Position numbers and translations under genes: made by a program. Of a stretch of 24,000 nt of DNA, positions 9,801 to 17,448 are shown piece by piece. Each line of letters starts with the position of its first letter. Positions within the stretch are counted from its first letter, which is position 1. This DNA comes from Thermoleophilaceae bacterium (GTDB taxonomy: Bacteria > Actinomycetota > Thermoleophilia > Solirubrobacterales > Thermoleophilaceae): positions 6,884-30,883 of the forward strand of contig JBQGCL010000039.1 of NCBI GenBank assembly GCA_052038485.1, written 5' to 3'. The notes beneath the pieces were generated by a model, which ran no database searches, had not been told where the DNA came from, and saw nothing but the letters and a program-made list of their open reading frames with translations.

Positions 9801-11370
9801 CCACTCGACGCCGGGCGTAACGCTGATCTCGCCGCCGCCGCACCACGACATCTACTCGATCGAGGACCTCAAGCAGCTGATCTACGACCTGCGCTGCGCC
9901 AACCCGCGCGCGCGTGTGTCGGTGAAGCTCGTCTCGGAGGTCGGCGTCGGCACCGTGGCGGCCGGCGTGGCGAAGGCGAACGCCGACCACGTCGTGATCG
10001 CCGGCCACGACGGGGGCACCGGCGCCTCGCCGCAAGCGTCGATCCACCACGCCGGCATCCCCTGGGAGATCGGCCTCGCCGAGACCCAGCAGACGCTGCT
10101 GCGCAACGACCTGCGCTCGCGCATCCTGGTCGAGGTCGACGGCCAGATGCGCACCGGCCGCGACGTGGCGATCGGCGCGATCCTCGGCGCCGACGAATTC
10201 GGCTTCTCCACGGCCCCGCTGATCGCGCTGGGCTGCGTGATGATGCGCGTCTGCCACCTGAACACCTGTCCGGTCGGTGTGGCGACCCAGGACCCCGAGC
10301 TGCGGCGGCGCTTCGAGGGCCAGCCCGAGCACGTCGTCAACTACCTGTTCATGGTGGCCGAGGAGCTGCGCGGCATCATGGCCCGGCTCGGCGTGCGCTC
10401 GGTCGCCGAGCTGATCGGGCGCGTGGACCTGCTCGTGCCCGACGAGACCGTCGACCACTGGAAGGCGCGCGGGATCGACCTGCGCCCGCTGCTCGAGGTC
10501 CCGGCCGACGTGCCCGACGACGCCCCGCGGCACTGCATCCGCCGCCCGGACCCGGTGCTCTACGACTCGATCGACGTGGACCTGCTGCAGCGCTCGCGCG
10601 GCGCCATCGAGCACGGCGAGCACGTGCGGCTGGAGCGGCGCATCGAGAACAAGAACCGCGCCGTGGGCGGCCTGCTCTCGGGCGAGATCGCGCGCCGGCA
10701 CGGCGAGGAGGGGCTGCCGGAGGGGTCGATCGAGGTGCAGCTCCAGGGCTCGGCGGGGCAGAGCTTCGGCGCCTGGCTGGCGGCCGGCGTCACGCTCGAG
10801 CTCGAGGGAGACGCGAACGACTACACCGGCAAGGGGATGTCAGGCGGGACGCTCGTGGTGCGGCCGTCGAGCCAGGCGACCTTCCGCGCCGAGGACAACG
10901 CGATCGTCGGCAACACCGTGCTCTACGGCGCGACCGGGGGCAAGGCGTTCTTCCGCGGGCTCGCCGGCGAGCGCTTCGCGGTGCGCAACTCGGGCGCCGT
11001 GACCGTCGTCGAGGGCGTGGGCGACCACGGCTGCGAGTACATGACCGGCGGCCGCGTGGTCGTGCTGGGGCCGACGGGGCTGAACTTCGCCGCCGGGATG
11101 AGCGGCGGTGTGGCCTACGTGCTCGACGTCGACGGCGCCTTCCGCTCGCGCTGCAACACCGAGCTGGTCGGCTTCGACGAGATCACGCCCGACGACGCGC
11201 TCGAGCTGCGCGGGCTGGTCGAGGAGCACCGCCTGCGCACCGGCTCGCCGGTGGCCGAGCGTCTGCTCGACGCTTGGGACGACGAGCTGCCCCGCTTCGT
11301 CAAGGTGATGCCGCACGACTACAAGCGCGCGCTGCTGGAGCTCGCCCAGGAAGAGCCGGTCGCGGCCTGA
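6892..11370 (+). CDS. gltB: glutamate synthase (GOGAT) large subunit
   Basis: ORF 6832..11370. ATG 6892 is preferred (SD GAGGA upstream). The product starts [28 protein letters not shown] with the Ntn-amidotransferase catalytic Cys after a short propeptide. Full four-domain layout follows, including the FMN/3Fe-4S region and the C-terminal GXGXG beta-helix ([11 protein letters not shown]...[14 protein letters not shown]). Confidence 0.97.
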   Translation: MAPPPGQAGHGLYDPTYEHDACGVAFVARLGAPASHEVISRALWALEHLEHRGAEGADADTGDGAGILIQLPDQFLRAEVPFELPEFGRYGVGVCFLPSDEFAREHAEKLIEDTVEAEGQTVLGWRDVPVDPEHCGNTARAVAPCIRQLFIAASGDTEDQDALERRLYVIRRVIERAELPNLAIASMSSRTVVYKGMLTAPQISQYFPELRDERLVSRLALVHSRFSTNTFPSWELAHPYRMLAHNGEINTLRGNRNWHRARELTLASPLFGDDIDKIRGLLRDDISDSASLDGLMELLVLGGRSPAHAISMLIPEAYQGRPELKQQVRDFYAYHSSLIEPWDGPAAVAFTDGRVIGATLDRNGLRPGRWVVTKNGWVVLASETGVLEASEDEIVAKGRLRPGKLFLVDLERDRIVPDDEVKADLARRRPYGEWLHDRVVHIEDLPDKSPRVPRVEPLRAKQLAFGWTEEDLKVLLAPMARDAAEPTGSMGNDVALASLSNRLPPLFSYFKQLFAQVTNPAIDPIRESVVMSLTACIGPEINLLGETPDHCHQLVMEQPILRNGELEKLRQVDHSVFEARSIDMTWPVAEGEAGMEQRLTDICREASDLVQRGVNIIILSDRNLGPERAAMPSLLAVGAVHHHLVREGTRLQIGLVVETGEAREIHHLATLIGFGASAVNPYLMFESLYALHRDGRLPEEMAPAEAEQRVIKAIGKGLLKILSKMGISTLRSYTGAQIFEAVGVKREVIDRHFTGTPSRVEGIGLKEIADEALGRHRRAYPAAVSELLPAGGIYAWRRRGEYHGWNPETIATLQQAARNSDGAEAYERFATYVNDVAVRNTALRGLLRFREDTEPVLLDEVEPASEIVKRFKSGGMSLGALSPEAHETLAVGMNRLGGKSNTGEGGEDAARFGDERRSSIKQVASGRFGVTVNYLVNADELQIKVAQGAKPGEGGQLPGHKVDRYIAGLRHSTPGVTLISPPPHHDIYSIEDLKQLIYDLRCANPRARVSVKLVSEVGVGTVAAGVAKANADHVVIAGHDGGTGASPQASIHHAGIPWEIGLAETQQTLLRNDLRSRILVEVDGQMRTGRDVAIGAILGADEFGFSTAPLIALGCVMMRVCHLNTCPVGVATQDPELRRRFEGQPEHVVNYLFMVAEELRGIMARLGVRSVAELIGRVDLLVPDETVDHWKARGIDLRPLLEVPADVPDDAPRHCIRRPDPVLYDSIDVDLLQRSRGAIEHGEHVRLERRIENKNRAVGGLLSGEIARRHGEEGLPEGSIEVQLQGSAGQSFGAWLAAGVTLELEGDANDYTGKGMSGGTLVVRPSSQATFRAEDNAIVGNTVLYGATGGKAFFRGLAGERFAVRNSGAVTVVEGVGDHGCEYMTGGRVVVLGPTGLNFAAGMSGGVAYVLDVDGAFRSRCNTELVGFDEITPDDALELRGLVEEHRLRTGSPVAERLLDAWDDELPRFVKVMPHDYKRALLELAQEEPVAA

Positions 11371-12938
11371 TGGGCGATCCGCGCGGCTTCCTGACCACCC
11401 ACCGGGTGGGCTTCCAGAAGCGCGACCCGCGCGAGCGTGTGCGCGACTACCGGCAGTACTTCGCGCTGCCCGACGACGCGACGCTGCGCGAGCAGGGCGG
11501 ACGCTGCATGGACTGCGGCGTGCCGTTCTGCCAGGAGGGCTGCCCGCTCGGCAACAAGATCCCGGACTGGAACGACCTCGTCTACAACGATCGCTGGCGC
11601 GAGGCGCTCACCCACCTGCACGCCACCAACAACTTCCCCGAGTTCACCGGCCTGATCTGCCCGGCGCCGTGCGAGTCGGCCTGCGTGCTCGACATCAACG
11701 ACGATGCCGTCACGATCGAGCAGATCGAGCTCGCGATCGTCACGCGCGGCTACGACGAGGGCTGGATCGTCGCCAACCCGCCCGCCACCCGCACGGATCG
11801 CACGGTCGGCGTGATCGGATCGGGCCCGGCCGGGCTGGCGGTCGCGGCCGAGCTCAACCAGCACGGCCACCGGGTGACCGTCTACGAGCGCGACGAGGGC
11901 CCCGGCGGGCTGCTGCGCTTCGGGGTACCCGACGCCAAGCTCGAGAAGTGGATCATCGACCGTCGCGTGGCCCTGCTCGAGGAGGAGGGGATCGCCTTCG
12001 AGTACGGCGTGGACGTGGGCGGCGACGTGTCGGCGGTCGAGCTGCGCCGGCGCCACGACGCGCTCGTGGTGGCGATCGGCTCGCGCGTGCACCGCGACCT
12101 GGACGTGCCCGGCCGTGACCTCCGGGGCGTGCACTTCGCGATGGAGTACCTCTACCAGCGCAACCGCTTCGTGGCGCGCCAGGAGGGCCGCGACGCCCCC
12201 GAGCCGCCGCCCGGCGAGCGGATCAGCGCCGCCGGCCGGCGCGTGGTCGTGATCGGCGGCGGCGACACCGGCATGGACTGCATCTCCAACGCGCTGCGCG
12301 AGGGGGCTTCCGACGTGCTGTTGTTGGACGTCTACCCGCCGCTGCCCGGCGACGCCCGCCCGCCGGGCACGCCCTGGCCACTGCCCCCCAAGCGGACGCC
12401 CACGACCTACGCGCTCGACGAGGGCGGCGAGCGCCGCTTCGGCACCCAGATCAACGCGATCGTCGGGGAGGACGGCCGCGTGCGCGCTGTCGATGGCCGG
12501 CAGGTGGAGGGCACGTCGTCGCGCGACCTGCACGCGATCCCCGGCAGCGAGTTCACCGAGCCGGCCGACCTGGTCCTGATCGCGATCGGGTTCAACCACC
12601 CCGAGCACGAGGGCGCCGTCACGGAGCTGGCCGTGGAGCTCGACCCGCGCGGCAACATCAAGGCGCCCATATACGCCACCGACAAGGCGGGCGTGTTCGC
12701 CTGCGGCGACGCGCGGATGGGCCAGTCCCTGGTGGTCACCGCGATCGCCGAGGGCCGCCGCTGCGCGCGCATCGTCGACCGCTACCTGGGCGGCTCCGGC
12801 GAAACTCGCAACCTGCCGTCCGCCGCGATGTTCGCGTTCGAGGACGGCGACCCCCACTCCCTGCGCCACCAGGCGGAGACGGCCCGCACCGTCACTGTCG
12901 GCGAAGCCTTCTGGTCGGGCCCCCGCGAGGAGCGCTGA
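11370..12938 (+). CDS. gltD: glutamate synthase small subunit (NAD(P)H-dependent)
   Basis: This is the C-terminal 522 codons of the artefactual ORF 7263..12938. ATG 11370 overlaps the gltB TGA (TGATG). Fe-S cysteine clusters CMDCGVPFCQEGCP and CPAPCESAC, and dinucleotide folds GVIGSGPAGLA and VVVIGGGDTGMDC. Confidence 0.95.
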   Translation: MGDPRGFLTTHRVGFQKRDPRERVRDYRQYFALPDDATLREQGGRCMDCGVPFCQEGCPLGNKIPDWNDLVYNDRWREALTHLHATNNFPEFTGLICPAPCESACVLDINDDAVTIEQIELAIVTRGYDEGWIVANPPATRTDRTVGVIGSGPAGLAVAAELNQHGHRVTVYERDEGPGGLLRFGVPDAKLEKWIIDRRVALLEEEGIAFEYGVDVGGDVSAVELRRRHDALVVAIGSRVHRDLDVPGRDLRGVHFAMEYLYQRNRFVARQEGRDAPEPPPGERISAAGRRVVVIGGGDTGMDCISNALREGASDVLLLDVYPPLPGDARPPGTPWPLPPKRTPTTYALDEGGERRFGTQINAIVGEDGRVRAVDGRQVEGTSSRDLHAIPGSEFTEPADLVLIAIGFNHPEHEGAVTELAVELDPRGNIKAPIYATDKAGVFACGDARMGQSLVVTAIAEGRRCARIVDRYLGGSGETRNLPSAAMFAFEDGDPHSLRHQAETARTVTVGEAFWSGPREER

Positions 12939-12939
12939 C

Positions 12940-13461
12940 GTGGGCACGATCCCAGCCGTCCAGCCCGCGCGCGATCACGTCCGCGGCGCCGTCGACGGCC
13001 GCGTGACGCTGGTCGAGTACGGCGACTTCCAGTGCCCCTATTGCGGCGACGCCTACCCGGTCGTGAAGATGCTGCTCGCGGAGTTCGACTGGCTGCGCTT
13101 CGTGTTCCGGCACATGCCGTTGGCGGATCTGCACCCGCGCGCGCCGGTCGCGGCCGAGGCCGGCGAGGCGGCGGGCGCACAGGAGCGCTTCTGGGACATG
13201 CACGACCGCCTCTTCGAGCACCAGCACGAGCTCACCGACGAGGAGCTCAGCGGCCATGCCGCGGCGCTCGGGCTCGACGTCGAGCGCTTCGACCGCGAGC
13301 TGCGCGAGGGCGTGCACCGCGAGCGCGTCGAGGAGGACCTGCGCAGCGGCGCCCAGAGCGGCATCCCCAGCACGCCGGGCTTCTTCGTCAACGGTGCCCT
13401 GCACAAGGGCTCGCCGACCGAGCCCGACCTGAGGCGGGTGATCGAGGCGGAGTTCGAATAG
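12940..13461 (+). CDS. DsbA-like thioredoxin-fold protein (CPYC), no signal peptide or TM segment
   Basis: ORF 12940..13461. Redox motif YGDFQCPYC, a helical insertion, and a cis-Pro region SGIPSTPGFFVNG typical of DsbA/Thioredoxin_4 proteins. GTG lies 1 nt after the gltD stop, with GAGGAG (12927-12932) 7 nt upstream. Confidence 0.7.
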   Translation: MGTIPAVQPARDHVRGAVDGRVTLVEYGDFQCPYCGDAYPVVKMLLAEFDWLRFVFRHMPLADLHPRAPVAAEAGEAAGAQERFWDMHDRLFEHQHELTDEELSGHAAALGLDVERFDRELREGVHRERVEEDLRSGAQSGIPSTPGFFVNGALHKGSPTEPDLRRVIEAEFE

Positions 13462-13471
13462 CTTTGCGCGC

Positions 13472-14440
13472 ATGCCGACCGCGTTCGTGACCGGTGGCTC
13501 CGGCTTCATCGGCGGTTTCCTGATCGAGCGGCTGCGTACCGAAGGCTGGGACGTGCGCGCCCTGGCGCGCTCGCAGGACGCCGAGCAGAAGGTGCGCGAG
13601 CGCGGAGCTGTGCCGGTGCCGGGCGACGTGGGCAACGAGGAGCTGATGCGCGACGGCGCGGCCGGCTGCGAAGTGGCCTTCCACGCGGCCGCGAAGGTGG
13701 AGGACTGGGGCGACCCGGCGGACTTCGAGCGGATCAACGTGCAGGGCACTCAGAACGTGATCGCCGCCTGTCGCGGGGCCGGCGTGCGGCGGCTCGTTCA
13801 CGTGGGCACGGAGGCTGCGCTGATGGCGGGGCAGCCGCTCGTGAACGTCGACGAGGGGGCGCCGCTGCGGCCTGACTCGCCGGCGCTCTACTCGTCGAGC
13901 AAGGCCAAGGCCGAGCAGCGCGTGCGCTCCGCGAACGACGCGGGGCTCGAAACCGTCGTGATCCGGCCGCGCTTCGTCTGGGGGCGGGGCGACACGACCC
14001 TGCTGCCCGCGCTGGTCGAGCTGGTGCGATCGGGACGCTTCCGCTGGGTCGGCGGCGGGCGGCACCTGACCGCCACCACGCACGTGGCCAACACGGTCGA
14101 GGGGCTGTGGCTGGGCGCGACCAAGGCCGAGCCCGGCGGCGTCTACTTCATCACCGACGGCGAACCGGTCGTGTTCCGCGAGTTCGTGTCCGCGATGCTC
14201 GAGACACAGGGCGTGACGCCGCCGACCGGGTCGGTGCCCGCCGGGGTGGCGACCGTCGCGGCCGGCGCGGCCGAACGCCTGTGGCGGCTGCTGCGGCGCT
14301 CCGGCCCGCCGCCACTGACCCGCTTTGCCGTCTGGGTCTCCTCCCAGGAGTGCACGATCGACACCGGCCGGGCCGAGCGGGAGCTCGGCTACCGGCCGGT
14401 GACGTCGCGCGAGCAGGGTCTGGCCGAGCTCGCGGGCTAG
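13472..14440 (+). CDS. NAD(P)-dependent epimerase/dehydratase (extended SDR, 3-beta-HSD-like)
   Basis: ORF 13472..14440. N-terminal AFVTGGSGFIGGFL Rossmann motif and the catalytic YSSSK (YxxxK). Confidence 0.8.
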   Translation: MPTAFVTGGSGFIGGFLIERLRTEGWDVRALARSQDAEQKVRERGAVPVPGDVGNEELMRDGAAGCEVAFHAAAKVEDWGDPADFERINVQGTQNVIAACRGAGVRRLVHVGTEAALMAGQPLVNVDEGAPLRPDSPALYSSSKAKAEQRVRSANDAGLETVVIRPRFVWGRGDTTLLPALVELVRSGRFRWVGGGRHLTATTHVANTVEGLWLGATKAEPGGVYFITDGEPVVFREFVSAMLETQGVTPPTGSVPAGVATVAAGAAERLWRLLRRSGPPPLTRFAVWVSSQECTIDTGRAERELGYRPVTSREQGLAELAG

Positions 14441-14904
14441 CCGCGGGCCGGCACCCCCTGAGTCTCGGCCGCACGGTCCTGTGCGCTGTCACGCAGCTCG
14501 CCGGCGTGCTCGCGGCCGGCCTCCTTGGCGGTCTCCGCCGTCTGGCGCGCCACCTCCTTGCCTCTCTCGAGGGCTTCCTGCCCGGTCTCGCGCGCCTTCT
14601 CCTTCATCTGGTCCGCCATCGGGCCGATCTTCTCGTCCTCCACGCGGGTCGACGGGATCAGCAGCCCGGCGACGAAGCCCACAGCCGCCGCGCCGATGGC
14701 CAGCCCGAGCGGGTTTTCGCGGGCCACGCCGGCTGCCTGCCCGGCGTCGGGGACCTTGTCCTTGACGGTGTCGACGCTGCTCGAGATGGCCTCCTTGGCA
14801 CGGCCCGGAACGTCGGTCTTGTGGCCGAGTGCCTCGACCGTGTCACCCATGTCCTCGCGGGTGCGCTCTATGTCCTGCCTGATCTGGCTCGGGTCTTGGC
14901 CCAT
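14437..14904 (-). CDS. DUF3618-type small protein with a central TM helix
   Basis: This is the C-terminal 155 codons of ORF 14437..15078. ATG 14904 is preceded by a strong SD, GAAGGAGGA (14911-14919, minus). The N-terminus MGQDPSQIRQDIERTREDMGDTVEALGHK is the DUF3618 signature as I recall it, followed by NPLGLAIGAAAVGFVAGLLIP. Confidence 0.7.
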   Translation of the reverse strand: MGQDPSQIRQDIERTREDMGDTVEALGHKTDVPGRAKEAISSSVDTVKDKVPDAGQAAGVARENPLGLAIGAAAVGFVAGLLIPSTRVEDEKIGPMADQMKEKARETGQEALERGKEVARQTAETAKEAGREHAGELRDSAQDRAAETQGVPARG

Positions 14905-15284
14905 TCCAGGTCCTCCTTCACGCTTTCCTTGGCTTGTTCGGGAACAGGCGGCGTCGCCTCCTGAACCTTGTTGCGACCCTGCATTGCCAGCACGCCCGCG
15001 ACCGCCGCGTACGCGACGGCGACGATCAACGCCGCCAGCCACAGCTCCATGGCGGTGTCGAGCGCGGCGATCAGGCATGCCGTGAGCGCGCCGAGGGCGA
15101 GCACGCCGAACAGGCCGGCTCCCCCGAACATCCCGGCGCCCATCCCGGCACGCTTGCCCTTCTGCTCGAGCTCGGCCTTCGCGAGGTCGATCTCCTGCCT
15201 GACCAGGGTCGTGGTCTGGTCGGAGAGCTGCTTGAGCAGCTCGCCCGTCGAGCGCTCGCGCAGCTCGCTCTGTTGCGGGCTCAT
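14868..15284 (-). CDS. Holin-X / Phage_holin_3_6 (DUF1469) family membrane protein
   Basis: This is the C-terminal 138 codons of ORF 14868..15380. ATG 15284 overlaps the upstream stop (ATGA). It matches the family pattern: STGELLKQLSDQTTTLVRQEIDLAKAELEQKGKRAGMGAGMFGGAG, two TM helices, then PPVPEQAKESVKEDLEWAK. Confidence 0.7.
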   Translation of the reverse strand: MSPQQSELRERSTGELLKQLSDQTTTLVRQEIDLAKAELEQKGKRAGMGAGMFGGAGLFGVLALGALTACLIAALDTAMELWLAALIVAVAYAAVAGVLAMQGRNKVQEATPPVPEQAKESVKEDLEWAKTRARSGRT

Positions 15285-15715
15285 GCCCGCGACGCGGAGC
15301 GGTAGCGCTCGCCGCTCGAGGCCTTCAGCATCCGCGACGCGGCGAAGCCGATCGCCAGCGCGCCGGCTGCGACCGCCCACGGGTTGTGCCGGGCGAAGTC
15401 CTCGACGTCGCGAACGATGCGATCCCCGTCGCTGCGCTCGAGGTAGGCGCCGAGCCGCTCCGCGCGATCGGCGGCCTGCTCGACGTAGCGCGCGGGTGTG
15501 TCCTTGCCCTGCTTGCGGAGCTCGCCTGCGACCGCACGAGCGTCGCCGGCGCTGCTGCCGACTCGCCCGCCGATCTCCGTCGAGCGCCGGTCGACCTCCT
15601 CGCGAACGCGCCCGCGGGCCTCGCCCGCGGCCTCCTTCGCCTTGTCCTGGGCCTGCGACGCGATGCCCTCGCTGCCCGCGTTGACCTGCTCCTGACCTGC
15701 GACGGTGTTGGCCAT
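15281..15715 (-). CDS. small charged protein with a C-terminal membrane anchor (ElaB/YqjD-like topology)
   Basis: ORF 15281..15715. ATG has AAGGAGG 8 nt upstream. The body is a low-complexity Ala/Glu/Arg helical region. The C-terminal motif ARHNPWAVAAGALAIGFAASRMLKASS is typical of tail-anchored stress proteins. The family assignment is tentative. Confidence 0.6.
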   Translation of the reverse strand: MANTVAGQEQVNAGSEGIASQAQDKAKEAAGEARGRVREEVDRRSTEIGGRVGSSAGDARAVAGELRKQGKDTPARYVEQAADRAERLGAYLERSDGDRIVRDVEDFARHNPWAVAAGALAIGFAASRMLKASSGERYRSASRA

Positions 15716-15747
15716 CGCCAGTACCTCCTTGTAGGTGGCGAGGATCT

Positions 15748-15769
15748 GCCCGAGCAGTCGCGCTCGGGC
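15748..15769 (-). other. GC-rich hairpin in the 5' leader of the stress operon
   Basis: GCCCGAGC (15748-15755) and GCTCGGGC (15762-15769) are perfect complements with a 6-nt loop. The hairpin sits about 33 nt upstream of ATG 15715 on the transcribed strand. No U-tract follows, so it is not a classic terminator. Confidence 0.4.
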
Positions 15770-15912
15770 GCCTTTGGGGCGGACCCTCCGTGTTACCTGC
15801 GGCGGTCCGGCCTGACGCCCCGATAAGACGCCCGTCGTCCCACCACTCGGGTCCCCCAGTTAGGCAGCCTCAAACACCCGACGCGGGCATCGAGGCACGG
15901 ATGGGTAGCGCG

Positions 15913-16458
15913 CTAGCCGGCGATCGCGGTGCGGTTCGCGACCAGGCTGACGTAGAACATCCGGAAGCGGCCGACGTCGATCTCGTCGCCGTCCTCGAGC
16001 TCGGCGAGCTCGACGCGGTCGCCGTTCCGGAACACGCCGTTCAGGCTGCGGTCGTCGAGGATGCGCGATCCGTCGGAGTCGCAGTAGACCAACGCGTGTC
16101 GGCGCGACACGGTCGGGTCGTCGAAGCGGATGTGGGCCGACAGGCTGCGGCCGATGCGGGTCCAACCCTCCTGCAACGGCACCACGCGCACGCGCTCGTC
16201 GTCCTCGAAGGCGAGGTAGTCGCCCGGGCGCACCAGCGCGTCGCGGGCGTCCTCCAGCCACTCGGGCGGATCGTCGAGCTCGTGGTGGTCGGGCGGCGGG
16301 TCGCCCTCGCCGAACAACGACGCACGCTTGAATCGAATCCCGCCGCACTCAGGGCAACCCGGCACCGGGTCCCTTTCGTGCAGCGCCACCGCAAAGCCGC
16401 ACGACTCGCAGCGGAAGGACCCGGCACCTGCCAGCGTCCCGGCGCTGAACGCTTCCAT
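15913..16458 (-). CDS. zinc-ribbon + FHA domain protein, 181 aa
   Basis: This is the C-terminal 181 codons of ORF 15913..16692. ATG 16458 has GAGGAG 9 nt upstream. N-terminal C4 ribbon FRCESCG...GCPECGG. C-terminal FHA core: TRIGRSLSAHIRFDDPTVSRRHALV...LNGVFRNG...GDEIDVGRFRMFY. Confidence 0.8.
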   Translation of the reverse strand: MEAFSAGTLAGAGSFRCESCGFAVALHERDPVPGCPECGGIRFKRASLFGEGDPPPDHHELDDPPEWLEDARDALVRPGDYLAFEDDERVRVVPLQEGWTRIGRSLSAHIRFDDPTVSRRHALVYCDSDGSRILDDRSLNGVFRNGDRVELAELEDGDEIDVGRFRMFYVSLVANRTAIAG

Positions 16459-16558
16459 GGAAAGACTCTCCTCAGGGTGGGGGGTAGTGCAGATAGTAAC
16501 GAGCCCAATTCGTTCAATGTGACCTTTTGGCGGTAATTGCGAGCTTTCCGGGGGGACC
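16459..16558. promoter_or_regulatory. AT-rich divergent promoter island between the FHA gene and a small zinc-ribbon ORF
   Basis: The locally AT-rich stretch AGATAGTAACGAGCCCAATTCGTTCAATGTGACCTTTTGGCGGTAATTGCGAGCTTTCC stands out against the GC-rich background. On the minus strand it has the -10-like TACTAT (16493-16498) and TTGAAC (16512-16517). On the plus strand it has TAATTG (16534-16539). Spacings are imperfect, so exact promoters are uncertain. Confidence 0.35.
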
Positions 16559-16849
16559 TTGCGCACGCCAATGGAGGACTGGCCCCTGATGCCCCGAAAG
16601 AGGCCGGGTATGCCAGAGCTCGCAGCCATGCTCGTGCGCCGGCACATGCGCGCACTGGCGCCGACCGACGGATGCCACGACTGCCGTCGCACCCCGCTCG
16701 CCGGAGAGCGCCTGCACGAGCTCGGCTCCGGCCGGCACCTGTGCGAGCTGTGCTACGGAGCGCTGCCCGAGGAGAGCCGACAGGCGGTGCGCTCCCAGAA
16801 GATCCACGCGAGCGAACGCCCGCTGGCCGTCGTCCGCAAAGCCGCCTAG
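16559..16849 (+). CDS. small zinc-ribbon protein (CxxC-x19-CxxC); likely start ATG 16610 (79 aa)
   Basis: Three ORFs overlap here. The frame of 16559..16849 has by far the highest third-position GC (13 of 96 codons end in A/T by my count). It encodes GCHDCRRTPLAGERLHELGSGRHLCELC. ATG 16610 has AAGAGG 6 nt upstream. I recognise no family. Confidence 0.5.
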   Translation: MRTPMEDWPLMPRKRPGMPELAAMLVRRHMRALAPTDGCHDCRRTPLAGERLHELGSGRHLCELCYGALPEESRQAVRSQKIHASERPLAVVRKAA

Positions 16850-16880
16850 CCCGCCGGCATCCATAGAATGGCGCGCGCCA

Positions 16881-17447
16881 GTGCGCCAGGTCACCGTCTC
16901 CACAGTCATCTCCGCTCCCCGCGAGCAGATCTTCGACTTCGTCTGCGATCTCGCGGCGCGGCCTGCCTACACGGACCACTTCATGCGCGACTACCGCCTG
17001 GCGCGCGTCAACCCGGTCGGGATCGGGGCGGCCTCCCGCTTCCAGCTCAAGGCACCGTTCGCGAAGGAGTACGCGGAGCTTCAGATCACGGAGGTCGACC
17101 GGCCGCGCCGGATCGTGGAGGAGATCGCGGTGGGACGGCGCGGGCGCAACCGCTCGCTGGCCGTCTACGACTTCACCGACGAGGGCCACGGCGTCACGCG
17201 TGTGGAGCTGACCACGTTCAGCGAGCCGGCCACGGCGATCGACCGGGTCAAGGAGCTCGGTGCCCACGGCTGGATGCGCCGCCAGACCTCGAAGGCCCTC
17301 AACCGGCTGCGCATGATCTTCGAGGAGCCCCCCAAGGGCGAGCTCAAGCGGGCGACGATCGCGGGCTACGAGCCCGACAAGGCGGCTCGCTTCGGCGTCG
17401 CGACCGGCATGGACCCCGCCCGCGCGCCGCGCCGGGAAGCCTCCTAG
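16881..17447 (+). CDS. SRPBCC (START/Bet v1-like, polyketide-cyclase-type) family protein
   Basis: ORF 16881..17447, GTG start. The N-terminal pattern VTVSTVISAPREQIFDFVCDLAARPAYTDHF is typical of SRPBCC ligand-binding proteins. Length and beta-rich pattern are consistent. Confidence 0.65.
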   Translation: MRQVTVSTVISAPREQIFDFVCDLAARPAYTDHFMRDYRLARVNPVGIGAASRFQLKAPFAKEYAELQITEVDRPRRIVEEIAVGRRGRNRSLAVYDFTDEGHGVTRVELTTFSEPATAIDRVKELGAHGWMRRQTSKALNRLRMIFEEPPKGELKRATIAGYEPDKAARFGVATGMDPARAPRREAS

Positions 17448-17448
17448 A

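Noticed and set aside
7117-12938. Very long ORFs in other frames over gltBD (7263..12938 plus, 1891 aa; 7117..10701 minus, 1194 aa)
   Set aside because: Their translations are Arg/Ala/Gly/Pro-rich low-complexity sequence typical of off-frame reading of high-GC DNA. They fully overlap gltB, whose product is unmistakable. Only the last 522 codons of 7263..12938 (gltD) are real.
12780-12938. A roughly 45-aa C-terminal tail of GltD beyond where I expect small subunits to end
   Set aside because: I cannot judge this without an alignment. The tail is in frame with a normal composition, so it is probably lineage-specific and not worth a finding.
14868-15284. The Holin-X family gene as evidence of a prophage or lysis cassette
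   Set aside because: There are no endolysin, spanin, capsid, terminase or integrase genes nearby. It is embedded in a conserved-looking three-gene set of small membrane stress proteins.
15852-15875. SigB/SigF-type promoter (GTTT-N14-GGGGGA) for the stress operon as a called feature
   Set aside because: The -10 matches the GGGTAT consensus at only about half its positions, and I cannot score it against background. It is kept only as a remark inside the leader finding.
16514-16909. Competing ORFs 16537..16866 (plus, 109 aa) and 16514..16909 (minus, 131 aa)
   Set aside because: Both have many A/T-ending codons and Arg/Ala-rich or featureless translations. The 16559 frame has a much higher third-position GC and a C4 zinc-ribbon motif.
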